The position numbers were made by a program, and so were the translations under genes. This document shows positions 30,211 to 40,721 of a stretch of 64,000 nt of DNA, in pieces. Source of the DNA: Promethearchaeati archaeon. GTDB taxonomy: Archaea; Asgardarchaeota; Heimdallarchaeia; Heimdallarchaeales; Heimdallarchaeaceae. Position 1 is the first letter of the stretch. Each line of letters opens with the position of its first letter. The stretch covers positions 1 through 64,000 of the forward strand of contig JABLTJ010000002.1 of assembly GCA_013166775.1 (NCBI GenBank), given 5' to 3'. The notes below the pieces were generated by a model that worked only from the letters and a program-made list of their open reading frames with translations, was not told where the DNA came from and searched no databases.

Positions 30211-30996
30211 ATGAGTGAATTCTATATTTGTTTAACTTTTGATGTTGATGCAGAAAGTTCTCAAGTTAGAGAAAATGCTGAACCTGTTAGCATTTCTAAA
30301 GGACAATTTGCTATAAATAAAGGTATACCCAGAATTTTATCTCTACTAGAAAAATATGATATTCAATCTTCCTTTTTCACCTGTGGATGGGTAGCTGAAA
30401 CCTATCCTGAAACGATAAAAGAAATTTTAGGTAAAGGTCATGAAATTGCCGCACACGGATATTTGCATGAACATCTTGATAAATTACCTCTAGCTGAAGA
30501 AAAAGAAGTTCATCTGAAAACAAACAAGATATTGGAGGATTTAACAGGAAAAATCAAAGGCTTTAGAGCTCCATATTGGAAGATATCAGAAAATACTTTG
30601 AAAATAATTAAAGAACTAGATTACATTTATGATTCATCTCTTATGGATGATGATCAACCCTATATTTTATCCATTCCAGATGTTGCAGGTTCTTTAGTTG
30701 AATTTCCCGTTCAGTGGTACATTGATGATTGGATCATGTTTGAAACTCATCAATATGCACCTTATTTGGTTTTAGAAATTTGGAAATCACAATTAGATTC
30801 TTACATTAAGATTAATGAAGAATCTAATCGTTTAAGTGTCTTCAATCTTACTTGTCATCCTTCTTGCATAGGTCATGCATACAGATTAAAGGTTCTAGAG
30901 GATTTGATTTCATACATTAAATCCAATGAATACGAATTTACCAAGATGGAAAATCTTGCTACGATAATTATGAAGAATATAGAAGATATTGAGTAA
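30211..30996 (+). CDS. Polysaccharide deacetylase (CE4, PuuE/PgdA-like)
   Basis: LTFDVD, HEIAAHGYLHE, GFRAPYW, YDSS, TCHP. Confidence 0.9.
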   Translation: MSEFYICLTFDVDAESSQVRENAEPVSISKGQFAINKGIPRILSLLEKYDIQSSFFTCGWVAETYPETIKEILGKGHEIAAHGYLHEHLDKLPLAEEKEVHLKTNKILEDLTGKIKGFRAPYWKISENTLKIIKELDYIYDSSLMDDDQPYILSIPDVAGSLVEFPVQWYIDDWIMFETHQYAPYLVLEIWKSQLDSYIKINEESNRLSVFNLTCHPSCIGHAYRLKVLEDLISYIKSNEYEFTKMENLATIIMKNIEDIE

Positions 30997-31029
30997 AATT
31001 CTTTAGGAACTTTATATATTTATTAAATA

Positions 31030-31749
31030 ATGTCCAAAAAGAATCGTTCTCTCTGGATTCAGACTAAGAAAACTAGAGGAGAAGGTTTTTACAAAAAAAT
31101 TCCTAAAATTGGCGCGGTTTTCTACGAGAAATTAATGGACAGTGATATGATAAAAATCCAAACAGAGGAAATAGCTTCTGAGATTTTATCTAAAGTAGAT
31201 AACGGTAAAATATTGGATATAGGTTCAGGGCCAGGTATATTATTAAAGAGAATCAATGAAATAAATCCCAAACTTAATTTGTACGGATTAGATATATCCA
31301 AATCAATGTATAAGCGAGCGAAAAAAAATCTTGAAGGTTTGGAAATAGAACTAATACTTGGCAACATAATGGAAACTGAATTTGATTCAAATTATTTTGA
31401 TCTTGTAACTTGTACTGGAAGTTTTTATCTTTGGGATAAACCTATAGAAAGTATAAATGAAATTCATAGAATCTTAAGAAACAACAGTAAAGCCCTGCTT
31501 TTCGAAACATATACAGATTATGATAAAAACAAATTCAAAGAATCTCTAACTGAGAACATGAAGAAAATAAAACTACATAAAAGACCTGTAGCAAAGAGAC
31601 TCTTGAAAAAGCAATTGAATATAACTTACACTGTTAAGGAAGTGGAAAAGATTCTGAAGAAATCCTTATTTACTGATAGCTTTTCAATTGAAAAGATTAT
31701 TCTCTCAAATTTACCTGTTTGGTTAAGAATCTCTTTATGCAAGAATTAA
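31030..31749 (+). CDS. Class I SAM-dependent methyltransferase
   Basis: ILDIGSGPG, GLDIS, FDLVTC, EIHRIL. Confidence 0.9.
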   Translation: MSKKNRSLWIQTKKTRGEGFYKKIPKIGAVFYEKLMDSDMIKIQTEEIASEILSKVDNGKILDIGSGPGILLKRINEINPKLNLYGLDISKSMYKRAKKNLEGLEIELILGNIMETEFDSNYFDLVTCTGSFYLWDKPIESINEIHRILRNNSKALLFETYTDYDKNKFKESLTENMKKIKLHKRPVAKRLLKKQLNITYTVKEVEKILKKSLFTDSFSIEKIILSNLPVWLRISLCKN

Positions 31750-31750
31750 T

Positions 31751-31987
31751 TTACAGATCGTACTCTTCTTCTCCAAAAGGTAAACTAAGTTGTACTTTTG
31801 GCTTGTATCCATGACCTACAGATTCTGTTTTTAGTAATAATTCTTTAAGTTCTTCAGATATAGGATGACCGCCTAAAATTATATTAGCACCTCCTTTTTC
31901 TCTACTTCTTCCAGTTAATCTTTGCGATTTAACCACAGTTCTGAGTAATTTGTTTCCCTTTACTGTAAAATGGTTATCTGCAACAGC
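31751..31987 (-). pseudogene. Probable 3' gene remnant (resembles C-terminus of acetoacetate-decarboxylase-fold proteins)
   Basis: Open frame AVADNHFTVKGNKLLRTVVKSQ...KGGANIILGGHPISEELKEL... bounded upstream by TGA, with no good start. Family resemblance is from memory only. Confidence 0.35.
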
Positions 31988-32028
31988 TCACTTGTTTGTT
32001 TAATTTTAAACAAAAAAAAGGAGAAAAT

Positions 32029-33135
32029 TTAGAAGCTTATAGCTTGTATTTTTCCTAGATATTTTACTACGGTTCCATATAATCCAATTATGGTTCCTAT
32101 GCCTGAATAAACAAACATAACATACTTGTGCCATTTTGATAAGTTGAAACCGAACATTGCTTCGTATTTTCTTTTGTATATTCTCATTGGAATATTTACT
32201 GCTTTCAGAACGGTGTAATTTTGTTCGAATTCTATTCGTAGAACATTCATTATGTCTGTTGTCCATCTTGTAGGTGTAATATAAAATTCCACAATAATCT
32301 CTTCATCTTCTGGATTGAAGTATGTTGTTCTTTGAGCAGGAGCTATTACAGCTACATTTCCAATCGCAATTGGTCTGATAATCAAACCACCTTCTGCTAA
32401 TCCACTTATCCTTGTTGTTGCTTCGACTACTTTTTCTCCTAGTTTTGAAACTGTAAGAGAGAAATATTCTGCTTCTTTCTTATCTAATTCTAAATCCCTC
32501 AGAGCGAGTTCTTCTTCGAACTCTTCAGCTTTAATCAGAGTGATTTTTAGTCTGAACACTTCTTCTAAACACATGTTCTTTGGTAATTGAATTGAAAGAT
32601 CTCGTGAATGACCCTGTTCTTCAACAATTACAGGTTTAGCTTCGTCAGCTATTTCTCTTTCAACCTCATCAGCAGGTTCAAGTGTAGATTCAGCATACAT
32701 TTCAACTTCTTCTTCATCAGCCATTTCAGGTTCCCAAGTTTCATCCTTTTTCTCAGGAGGAGGACCACCACCAGTAAGAGCATCTTCAAACAATTCTTCT
32801 TTGTATTCTCCAGGTGGACCAGCTTCTATGTCAGTAGGATCTATTGCTTTTTCCCTTCTTGAGACCATTTTTTCTTTTCTCTTAGCTTTTGGTTTTTCAT
32901 CATAATAGTCATCATCGTAAGATGGGGGAGGAGGTGCTGGAGAAGGTAAGGACCTACTAGCCGCTGCTCTTCTACCTTTCTTTCTATCTAGTCTAGATAA
33001 AATAGGTCGCGATCTGGGTCGTATAATCCTATCACCAAAATCAATTTTTCTTGCAGAAATACTTATGATTATTGCTAAGATACTTGTTAGAAACAAAATT
33101 ATCGCAGCAATTAACCAACCAATTCCGTCAGCCAT
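32029..33135 (-). CDS. Hypothetical membrane protein: N-terminal TM, Pro/acidic low-complexity linker, beta-rich domain, C-terminal TM
   Basis: Hydrophobic ends; PSPAPPPPSYDDDYY and E-rich linker; beta-strand pattern over residues ~175-320. Confidence 0.75.
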   Translation of the reverse strand: MADGIGWLIAAIILFLTSILAIIISISARKIDFGDRIIRPRSRPILSRLDRKKGRRAAASRSLPSPAPPPPSYDDDYYDEKPKAKRKEKMVSRREKAIDPTDIEAGPPGEYKEELFEDALTGGGPPPEKKDETWEPEMADEEEVEMYAESTLEPADEVEREIADEAKPVIVEEQGHSRDLSIQLPKNMCLEEVFRLKITLIKAEEFEEELALRDLELDKKEAEYFSLTVSKLGEKVVEATTRISGLAEGGLIIRPIAIGNVAVIAPAQRTTYFNPEDEEIIVEFYITPTRWTTDIMNVLRIEFEQNYTVLKAVNIPMRIYKRKYEAMFGFNLSKWHKYVMFVYSGIGTIIGLYGTVVKYLGKIQAISF

Positions 33136-33242
33136 AAAGCATTATCAACTCAGTTTTAAATAAGTATTTTGGCTAAATTTGAACCATAGAACATCTAATT
33201 TGTATGCATAAAGCTTTTACATTATATGGTTTTTTTCTAGAT

Positions 33243-34145
33243 ATGATTAAAATTGCAAGTATTCAAATTGCTCCAGTTTTTCTAGATGCACAGAAAACTT
33301 GGAAAAAATTGGAACAAAAGATTATTGAAGCTAAGTCAAATAGTGCTGAATTAGTTACTTGGGGAGAAACATTGATTCCTGGATATCCGATATGGGTATC
33401 ACCTTCAGGAGGAGCTAGATTTAATGACAAAGATCAAAAGAAAGTATACGCTAAATATTGGGAAGAAGCTATTAAATTGAATAACAGTAAAATAATTGAA
33501 GAAATGAAACAGTTAGCTAAGAAATTAGAGATTATGTTCATGGGGGGAATTGCTGAAAAGGAAAGCGGTTCAATTTACTGTACATTATTAACTATAGGTC
33601 CAGATGGGGAGATTAAAGGTCGTCATCGTAAACTAAAACCTACCTATGAAGAAAGGTTAGTTTGGGCGGATGGAGATAGATTAGGACTCAAGACTCACAA
33701 TTTAAAGAATATAAAAGTTGGAGGGCTAAATTGTTGGGAAAATTGGATGCCTTTAGCTCGAGTAGCCTTACATCTTCAAGAAGAAATCCTGCATGTAGCA
33801 GTGTGGCCGGGGAGTTTAAACTTAACAAAAGACATAACTCGCTTTATAGCCCTGGAGGGAAGATCTTGGGTAGTTTCCACATCTGGTTTAATAAGACCTA
33901 CAGATTTCCAGCATCTCGATGAAGATATTTTTCCAATGAAGCAAATTATGGAATCTCGAACAAGCAATTGGAAGAATGGTGGATCAATGATTGTTGATCC
34001 AACTGGAAAAATAGTGCAAGGTCCTTTAGTTGATGAAGAAGGAATTCTCTATGAAGATATAGATCCACTAATGGCAATTCAGGAAAGACAAAATTTCGAT
34101 ATTAGTGGTCACTATTCAAGATTTGATATATTTAGCAAACCATAG
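33243..34145 (+). CDS. Nitrilase (carbon-nitrogen hydrolase family)
   Basis: E-K-C triad: GETLIPGYP, HRKLKPTYEER, LNCWENWMP; also FDISGHYSR. Confidence 0.92.
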   Translation: MIKIASIQIAPVFLDAQKTWKKLEQKIIEAKSNSAELVTWGETLIPGYPIWVSPSGGARFNDKDQKKVYAKYWEEAIKLNNSKIIEEMKQLAKKLEIMFMGGIAEKESGSIYCTLLTIGPDGEIKGRHRKLKPTYEERLVWADGDRLGLKTHNLKNIKVGGLNCWENWMPLARVALHLQEEILHVAVWPGSLNLTKDITRFIALEGRSWVVSTSGLIRPTDFQHLDEDIFPMKQIMESRTSNWKNGGSMIVDPTGKIVQGPLVDEEGILYEDIDPLMAIQERQNFDISGHYSRFDIFSKP

Positions 34146-34171
34146 AGTAGGAAAAAAAGAAAAGAGAAAAA

Positions 34172-34945
34172 TTAGGGTGTAAAAGTATACGATGAGAAAT
34201 GCGATAGTTCCACTATTTCACAGTTCAAATTTTCAATAGAAGTCCTATAGGTTTCACAGAATGTTTCTTCTTCTCCTGCTAAGAAATGAATTGGAATGAA
34301 ATAAGATGCATCGATAGCGTCAAGAGCAAAAACCACATCCATTCCTGCCATTGTTTGGCATCCAGGCCCGAGAGGAAGCATTGCTACATCAACTAAACCT
34401 GCAAGTTGTGTGTATTCGGGAATATTAGCTGAATCTCCAGCATGGAAGAAAGTCATGCTACCTGTATCAATGAGATAACTAGTGTAGTTATTTTCTATAG
34501 GATGACTCGAAGGAAAACCTCCCAAAGCAAAAGTATACATGTAAAAGCATGTTATTTCAACAGAACCAACTTTGAAACTATCCCCTGGAACAACACCTAA
34601 TCCATCATGGTGTGTAATGTGTGAGGTTAAATAAGTAGGAAAAACATTCAATGTATCACTTTTTTGAAGCAAATCGATTGAAGCTTCATCATAATGATCA
34701 CCATGGTCATGTGTGATTAAAATTGCATCTGCAGGAAGATCACTGTAATTGTCAGGTAAATTGATTGGATCAACATAAATACGTACTCCGTTAGCTTCTA
34801 TCATGACTCCAGCATTTTCCAAAAGGTTGAAGTAAATTGAATTGTCTCTAGTCAATAACACTGTTGGTACCGCTATTGCAGCTGTTACAAGTATTACACT
34901 CGAACTAATTATGAAAACTAATTTTGTTGTCTTTGTTAAAATCAT
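34172..34945 (-). CDS. Membrane-anchored/secreted MBL-fold metallo-hydrolase
   Basis: N-terminal TM helix; THDHGDH, FFHAGDS, IPIH. Confidence 0.88.
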   Translation of the reverse strand: MILTKTTKLVFIISSSVILVTAAIAVPTVLLTRDNSIYFNLLENAGVMIEANGVRIYVDPINLPDNYSDLPADAILITHDHGDHYDEASIDLLQKSDTLNVFPTYLTSHITHHDGLGVVPGDSFKVGSVEITCFYMYTFALGGFPSSHPIENNYTSYLIDTGSMTFFHAGDSANIPEYTQLAGLVDVAMLPLGPGCQTMAGMDVVFALDAIDASYFIPIHFLAGEEETFCETYRTSIENLNCEIVELSHFSSYTFTP

Positions 34946-35006
34946 AAATCTAATGAAAGTATAAGCACTTATATAGTTTCAGAGAAAAAAAATCAATAAT
35001 TCCTAA

Positions 35007-35522
35007 CTAGAGCCTTTTTTCAGGTATATTAACAGAATATCCTCCCTCTGTATGACCTTTTCTAAGTGCAAAGATATTGTACCCAACTCCATAAACATGA
35101 ACTTTAGGAGTTGGTATGATTTTCAGAAAGATATAATTCTCTGCTTCTTCTGAATCTAAATGCTTCGTAATCATTCGAAGAACTCGTTTTTCAGAAAAAA
35201 TTGCTAGTAATTCTTCATTTTGAAAGGGTAAGATTTCTACCTTTCCATTAATTGTTATTGTGCTTGAAGGAGCAAATCTAATATGATGATGAGGATATGT
35301 TATTATGAAAGAAACTTGAGGATTTCTTTTAATATTTTTAGCTTTCTTATATTTCGTAGATGTTACTACATATAAGGCAAATTTCGATTCAGTTGGAGAA
35401 ACTGCGTAAAGAACTCCTGTTGAATGAGGAGTGCCATCTTGATTAATAGTATTTATAATCCCAAAAGTCTTACTTCGTATCATATTTTCAATGAATGAAA
35501 AATCGATTTTTTTCTTTTTCAT
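35007..35522 (-). CDS. Pyridoxamine 5'-phosphate oxidase-like protein
   Basis: GIINTINQDGTPHSTGVLY...KKAKNIKRNPQVSF. Confidence 0.82.
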   Translation of the reverse strand: MKKKKIDFSFIENMIRSKTFGIINTINQDGTPHSTGVLYAVSPTESKFALYVVTSTKYKKAKNIKRNPQVSFIITYPHHHIRFAPSSTITINGKVEILPFQNEELLAIFSEKRVLRMITKHLDSEEAENYIFLKIIPTPKVHVYGVGYNIFALRKGHTEGGYSVNIPEKRL

Positions 35523-35642
35523 TACGCACACCAATATTTATTTATTAAGCTAGTCTGATGGGTAGATGTATTAATAGCATATAAAGCATATTGAGACACT
35601 CACTTGCTTAATTTCAGCTCAAGGTAATAGAAGAGGATTAAC

Positions 35643-37264
35643 TTGGATAAAGAAAAGAAATTACAGTTAGTTTTTATTGCTATTTTTTGCATTTCGATGG
35701 TTGTGATTATCTTATTTGGAGTATCCATTTATTTCTATCCAGGAGGGCATTGGCAAGATTCTTCCGCAGAAGGCTTCAACCTACTGTAAATCCTGTTAGT
35801 GACTTAGGTAGATCTACAGCTTATAATGGAGAATCAAACACTATTTCATTTGCACTCTATGCTAGCAATTTAACTTTGATGGCAATTATAGTATTGGCAT
35901 ACTACTCAATTATCTGGAAATATTTCCAGAAGAAAAAGTCAACAAAGTGGTTGAGCATATTTGGATCACTTTGCAGTATTGTGCAGTCAATTCTTTACCT
36001 AGGTATTGCATACTCACCAGCAGATACACGAATAACAGCTTATATGAAGTTCGTCTATTCTGGTCCAGCTTTTCTATTTGCAGCGATACTATGTTATACA
36101 ATTGTGTTCTTTATTGAGAAAGAGTTTCCAAGAATAAACGCTTACTCATATTTAGCAATGGTAGTTGTTACAATTCTACTAGTTACAGCAGTAATTGTGG
36201 GAACAATCTATGGCCAACCATTATATTCGATGACACGTCGAGGAGGACATACGATATTCATTTTCATTGTGACTTTCGCTTATGGATTGCTAGGAATCGG
36301 TGCTTATCAATACGAAAAGAAACGAGCACTTATTCAGGTAGAAAATTTAGTTAAGAAATATGATGATTTATTTGCTGTAAATGACATATCTTTGAAAATT
36401 AAAAAGGGAGAAATCTTCGCTTTTTTAGGTCCAAACGGAGCAGGTAAAACTACAACCATCGAAATACTTGAAGGTATAAGAAAAAAAACTAGTGGTAAAG
36501 CCTACGTACTAGGTAAAGATATCGACAAGAAGAAAGAACTTGATAGTATTAAGAAGGTTATAGGAACGCTCCCTCAGGAATTTAACACTCACCAGAATTT
36601 AACTGTCAAAGAAAATCTTCGATTCTGGAGTAAGATGTATGAAAAATCTCTTCCAATAGATGACCTAATCGAACTAGTTAAACTTACAGACAAGGCTAAA
36701 GTGCGATACAAGAACCTTTCAGGGGGATTGAAAAGAAGACTAGGGATTGCTATTTCACTAGTCAATGATCCAGAATTGGTTTTCTTAGATGAGCCTACAA
36801 CAGGATTAGATCCTCGAGCTAGGAGAGAGACTTGGGAAGTGGTAGAGAACTTGAAGAAACAAGGAAAGACCATTTTCTTAACAACTCATTATATGGAAGA
36901 AGCACAGGTCTTAGCAGATACAGTAGCAATTATTCATAAGGGAGATATTATTGATATTGGAACTCCAACACAATTAATAGATAAGCATGGAGGGGATAAC
37001 AAGGTTGTTGTTCGATGTAACAATCAAGAAGTACGCGATCAGATATACAGTATTCTCTTTGAATTAGGTCCAGCAGAGAATGAAGATGGAGACATTGTTA
37101 TTTCCTCAAAAAGAGGTGGTTTATCTAAAGTAGTTGACTTATTGGATGACAATAAAATCCCCTATTCAGATATCATTTCTCAGAGACCTACTCTTGAAGA
37201 TGTATTCTTGACCTTAACAGGTGAAGTGTTGATAGATACTAAAGAATTTGAAGCTCCAACATAA
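35643..37264 (+). CDS. DUF998-like multi-TM domain fused to ABC exporter ATPase; contains an apparent -1 frameshift near 35786
   Basis: TTG at 35643 (GAGGA RBS) reads ...FYPGGHWQDSSAEGFNLL* and continues in the ORF-track frame as VNPVSDLGRSTAYNGESN. ABC domain: GPNGAGKT, LSGG, FLDEPTTGLD, TTH. Confidence 0.78.
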
Positions 37265-37275
37265 GGTGTGATTAT

Positions 37276-38487
37276 TTGTCAAAAAAAAGAAACTATTTTA
37301 CAAAAATCAGGTTCAGCTTAAGAAAAATAATAGGGTATACAAGTACTACTGCTTTAACCTGGATTAGATCAGGACCTGCCTTATTCTTTACTTTCATTTA
37401 TCCAATCGTAATGATTCTTCTATTTGGTTATATATTCAGTGCTGGAGGGGATGACAGTTTATTTACTCTGAATTATATGAATGAAGATGTTTATCAAATT
37501 GGAGATCAATATTATAGTAATAATCCAGCATCTCAATTGCTATCGAAATTAGGTTATCAGAACGAAACTCTAGCGAAAGAACTGAATTTGAATCTTCAAT
37601 CAGTATTTTTTGATACTTCCCACATTTCTGCAGCTGATTGGATGAAGGAGAACAGTATTCCATATTTACTCATAATACCGGAAGGGTGGTCTTCTGCGGT
37701 TAATGAATCAAAAATTAACAGTTCTGCCCCTATAGCTAGTGTCCATTACTATTTTGATCCTTCTTATACAAGTTCTATAGAAGTGCAAACTATTATAGAT
37801 AGTGTTTTGCAAGAAATGAATTTAGAAGAGTTTAGCATTACAACATTTATACAAATCGAAACGGAGACTACACCTAGTAGAGAGGGATTAGAATATATTG
37901 ATTTCTATGTTCCAGGAATCATAATGGTAACAATCTCAACAGCTGGAATGATGGGATTGGTTGGTACGGTCACTGAAGACAGAGAGACAGGATTAACCTA
38001 CAAGCTCTCATCAACACCCTTGAAAAAATGGGAATGGAGTTTATCACATCTACTTTGGCAAGCAATTATGGGTATCATTGTAGCAATCTTAACAGCATTA
38101 ACAGGATGGATTGCATTTGGTTTCAATATGGCAACTATTCATCCTTTAATGATTGTTGCACTCATATTTGGTTCAATGACATTTTCTGGTCTAGCATTAA
38201 TTCTTTCATATTTTGTACGAAGAACTGAGGCAGCTATGGCAGTAACTATGGCTTTTGTTTTCCCACAAATGTTTCTTGCAGGAGCAATTTTTCCAGCAGA
38301 ATTGTTGCCAAGTTACATGCAAACAATCGCTAAAATATTCCCACTTTATTATATTAGTGAGTCACTTCGAAATATGATGCTAGAATCTACATTCCATAAA
38401 GTATGGTTGAATTTAGGAATAACAATAGCAATGGGTATTGTTTTCTTCATTGTTGGTTCTTTTATTACTAAATGGAGGAAGGAGTGA
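37276..38487 (+). CDS. ABC-2 type exporter permease
   Basis: N-terminal TM, extracytoplasmic domain, YIDFYVPGII, FLAGAIFP...PLYY. Operonic with the ATPase. Confidence 0.9.
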   Translation: MSKKRNYFTKIRFSLRKIIGYTSTTALTWIRSGPALFFTFIYPIVMILLFGYIFSAGGDDSLFTLNYMNEDVYQIGDQYYSNNPASQLLSKLGYQNETLAKELNLNLQSVFFDTSHISAADWMKENSIPYLLIIPEGWSSAVNESKINSSAPIASVHYYFDPSYTSSIEVQTIIDSVLQEMNLEEFSITTFIQIETETTPSREGLEYIDFYVPGIIMVTISTAGMMGLVGTVTEDRETGLTYKLSSTPLKKWEWSLSHLLWQAIMGIIVAILTALTGWIAFGFNMATIHPLMIVALIFGSMTFSGLALILSYFVRRTEAAMAVTMAFVFPQMFLAGAIFPAELLPSYMQTIAKIFPLYYISESLRNMMLESTFHKVWLNLGITIAMGIVFFIVGSFITKWRKE

Positions 38488-38499
38488 GGAGGTAATAGC

Positions 38500-39759
38500 A
38501 TGACTGAACCAGATACGAAATCTCATTCTGTGAAAACAGAGAAAAAGGTTCTAGCTAATTTCAGTATAGCTCTGAAAAGGATAGGAGCATACGTTTCCGC
38601 TGCAGTTTTAGATTTTAGAAGATCACCTCTCACAATGTTCTTCACAGTAGCTTATCCCATTATACTCATATTATTGTTTGGAGCTATATTCTCTGATACA
38701 AACGCTTCTTTTACTTCCTATGAATTATATATACAGAGTGAAGGTGATGAAGGATTTCTGGTTCAACCTACTCCTCCAGTTTTTCTGAACTTTACTAATA
38801 CTCTAATAACAACAATAAGTGAAATTCAAACTAATGATAGTCAACCTCTTTTCGATGTCAAATATATTCCATTAAAGGATGAACAGAATAAAGCTATTGA
38901 TCCTGGAACTTATCTAGAGGAAGTAGAGGGGTACATTTGTCTATTAATTCCAGAAAATTTCACTCAAAAAGTCTTATTTAATTATCCAGTTGATCTAAGA
39001 ATTATCCTAGACAGAAACTCCCAATCAGCTTCCATTTCCTTAAGCATTATTAACAGTATAGTCTATAATTTCAATCTAGCCGTGAATAATTCTCAAACTA
39101 ATCTAGGAATGGAAACCTTTGATATTTATCTGGAAGAAGAAATAGAGTATTTTGAATTTCTTATTCCTGGAATAATCGGTATAGCTATAATGAATAATGC
39201 TGTCTTAGGAACTATTAATAGATACAGCTATTTCAAGAAGTTTGGTTTCTTTAGGAAATTATCCACAACACCAATGAAGAAAAAAGATATAGTTTTAGGA
39301 GAAACTGCTTGGCAGCTCATTCAAGGAATAATTTCAATAATAGCAATAATTTTCATTGCTTGGTTAGCTTTCAAACTTCCTCAAGGTGATTTTGGGTGGA
39401 TTGTAAGAGTTCTTGATTGGAAAATCATACCAGTTGCAATAGCTGGTGTAATGTGCTTTACGGGATTAGGGATGATAGGGGCTAGAATAGTAAATAATCC
39501 TGATGCTGGAACTGCTGTAGGGAATTTTATATCCTTTCCAATGATGTTTCTTAGTGGAGCTTTCTTTGATGTTTCAGGAGTGCCTGTTATTAATGTTATT
39601 TCAAAGATGTTACCTCTAACATACATGGTAGATGCTTTGAGAGCTTCTATGATAACGAATAACGTAGCAATAGCATGGTTAAATATTGGTATAAGTTTGG
39701 CATTTGGTGTTGGTCTACTAATGATAGGAATTTTACTAACAAAACTATCAGAAAGATAA
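38500..39759 (+). CDS. ABC-2 type exporter permease
   Basis: Paralog of the upstream permease: YFEFLIPGIIG, FPMMFLSGAFF, PLTY. GGAGGT RBS. Confidence 0.9.
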   Translation: MTEPDTKSHSVKTEKKVLANFSIALKRIGAYVSAAVLDFRRSPLTMFFTVAYPIILILLFGAIFSDTNASFTSYELYIQSEGDEGFLVQPTPPVFLNFTNTLITTISEIQTNDSQPLFDVKYIPLKDEQNKAIDPGTYLEEVEGYICLLIPENFTQKVLFNYPVDLRIILDRNSQSASISLSIINSIVYNFNLAVNNSQTNLGMETFDIYLEEEIEYFEFLIPGIIGIAIMNNAVLGTINRYSYFKKFGFFRKLSTTPMKKKDIVLGETAWQLIQGIISIIAIIFIAWLAFKLPQGDFGWIVRVLDWKIIPVAIAGVMCFTGLGMIGARIVNNPDAGTAVGNFISFPMMFLSGAFFDVSGVPVINVISKMLPLTYMVDALRASMITNNVAIAWLNIGISLAFGVGLLMIGILLTKLSER

Positions 39760-39876
39760 TCAATTAATATTATTTCAACCCATATTTTTTTAAGAAGAGA
39801 ATACTTATTCAGTATTTTTAGAAAAAATATCGAAAAAAATTTGAATGTTCTTATAAGTGTTTGAATTAATTTCTAA

Positions 39877-40620
39877 TTGATGACACAGACAGATAGTCTG
39901 GTAATGAAAGGTTCGTCGAGTAAAACTTGCATAAAAATTAATTTATCTTATCAGCAAAAAGCAAAACGATCAACAATCATAATTATTTTCGGATGCTTTC
40001 TATTTTTTGTTTCAGGTATTTTAAATTTCACTGATGAATATCTTAGAGGTTGGTCTCTCACAAAACCTTTTCTGGGATACTTACTCTTTGGATTCACTGT
40101 AACTTGTTTAGTTCCAATTGCTATAGGTATTAAGGAAATTGTAACGATATCCTTTGCTGATTCATCGAGAAAATATGCTAAGCAAGCATTTCAATGGTTG
40201 CTTATTTATGCATTAACTGTACTTGTCAATATTATTGTAATGGGCTGGCCAATCATGGCAATTTTTGTATCAATAACAATTGTTTTTGCAAGAATATTGG
40301 GATTTTACTTCTTATCTAAAGCCTTCAAGAAAATAAAATACTTATCAAATCTCAATGTTGGAGGATTTTTGTACAATCTTTACGGAGTATTTTATGTCAT
40401 AATTGCTACTCTAGGAGGTTTAGGATCTTTATTTAGTGATGACTCCATAACAAACCTTGTTTTCATTTTTAATGGAATCATTGAATCAGTATTGATAATC
40501 TTGCTTAGTATCAAAATCGTATATGATATTTTATTGATTCGGAATTTCAAGATAAAGGGAAAAACAAAGGAATCTAGTATTCAAAAGATACTAGAGAGGC
40601 AAAAAAAGAGTAAATTCTAG
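39877..40620 (+). CDS. Hypothetical multi-pass membrane protein (~6 TM)
   Basis: Hydrophobic helices; no family motif recognised. Confidence 0.7.
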   Translation: MMTQTDSLVMKGSSSKTCIKINLSYQQKAKRSTIIIIFGCFLFFVSGILNFTDEYLRGWSLTKPFLGYLLFGFTVTCLVPIAIGIKEIVTISFADSSRKYAKQAFQWLLIYALTVLVNIIVMGWPIMAIFVSITIVFARILGFYFLSKAFKKIKYLSNLNVGGFLYNLYGVFYVIIATLGGLGSLFSDDSITNLVFIFNGIIESVLIILLSIKIVYDILLIRNFKIKGKTKESSIQKILERQKKSKF

Positions 40621-40721
40621 AACAAGAAAGAGGATTTTCGTTATTAGTAAAATGATTAGAAAAAAGTTAAGATAATGAAAAATATATATTCTTTAGCCTA
40701 TAATTAACATTACAATTTCAG

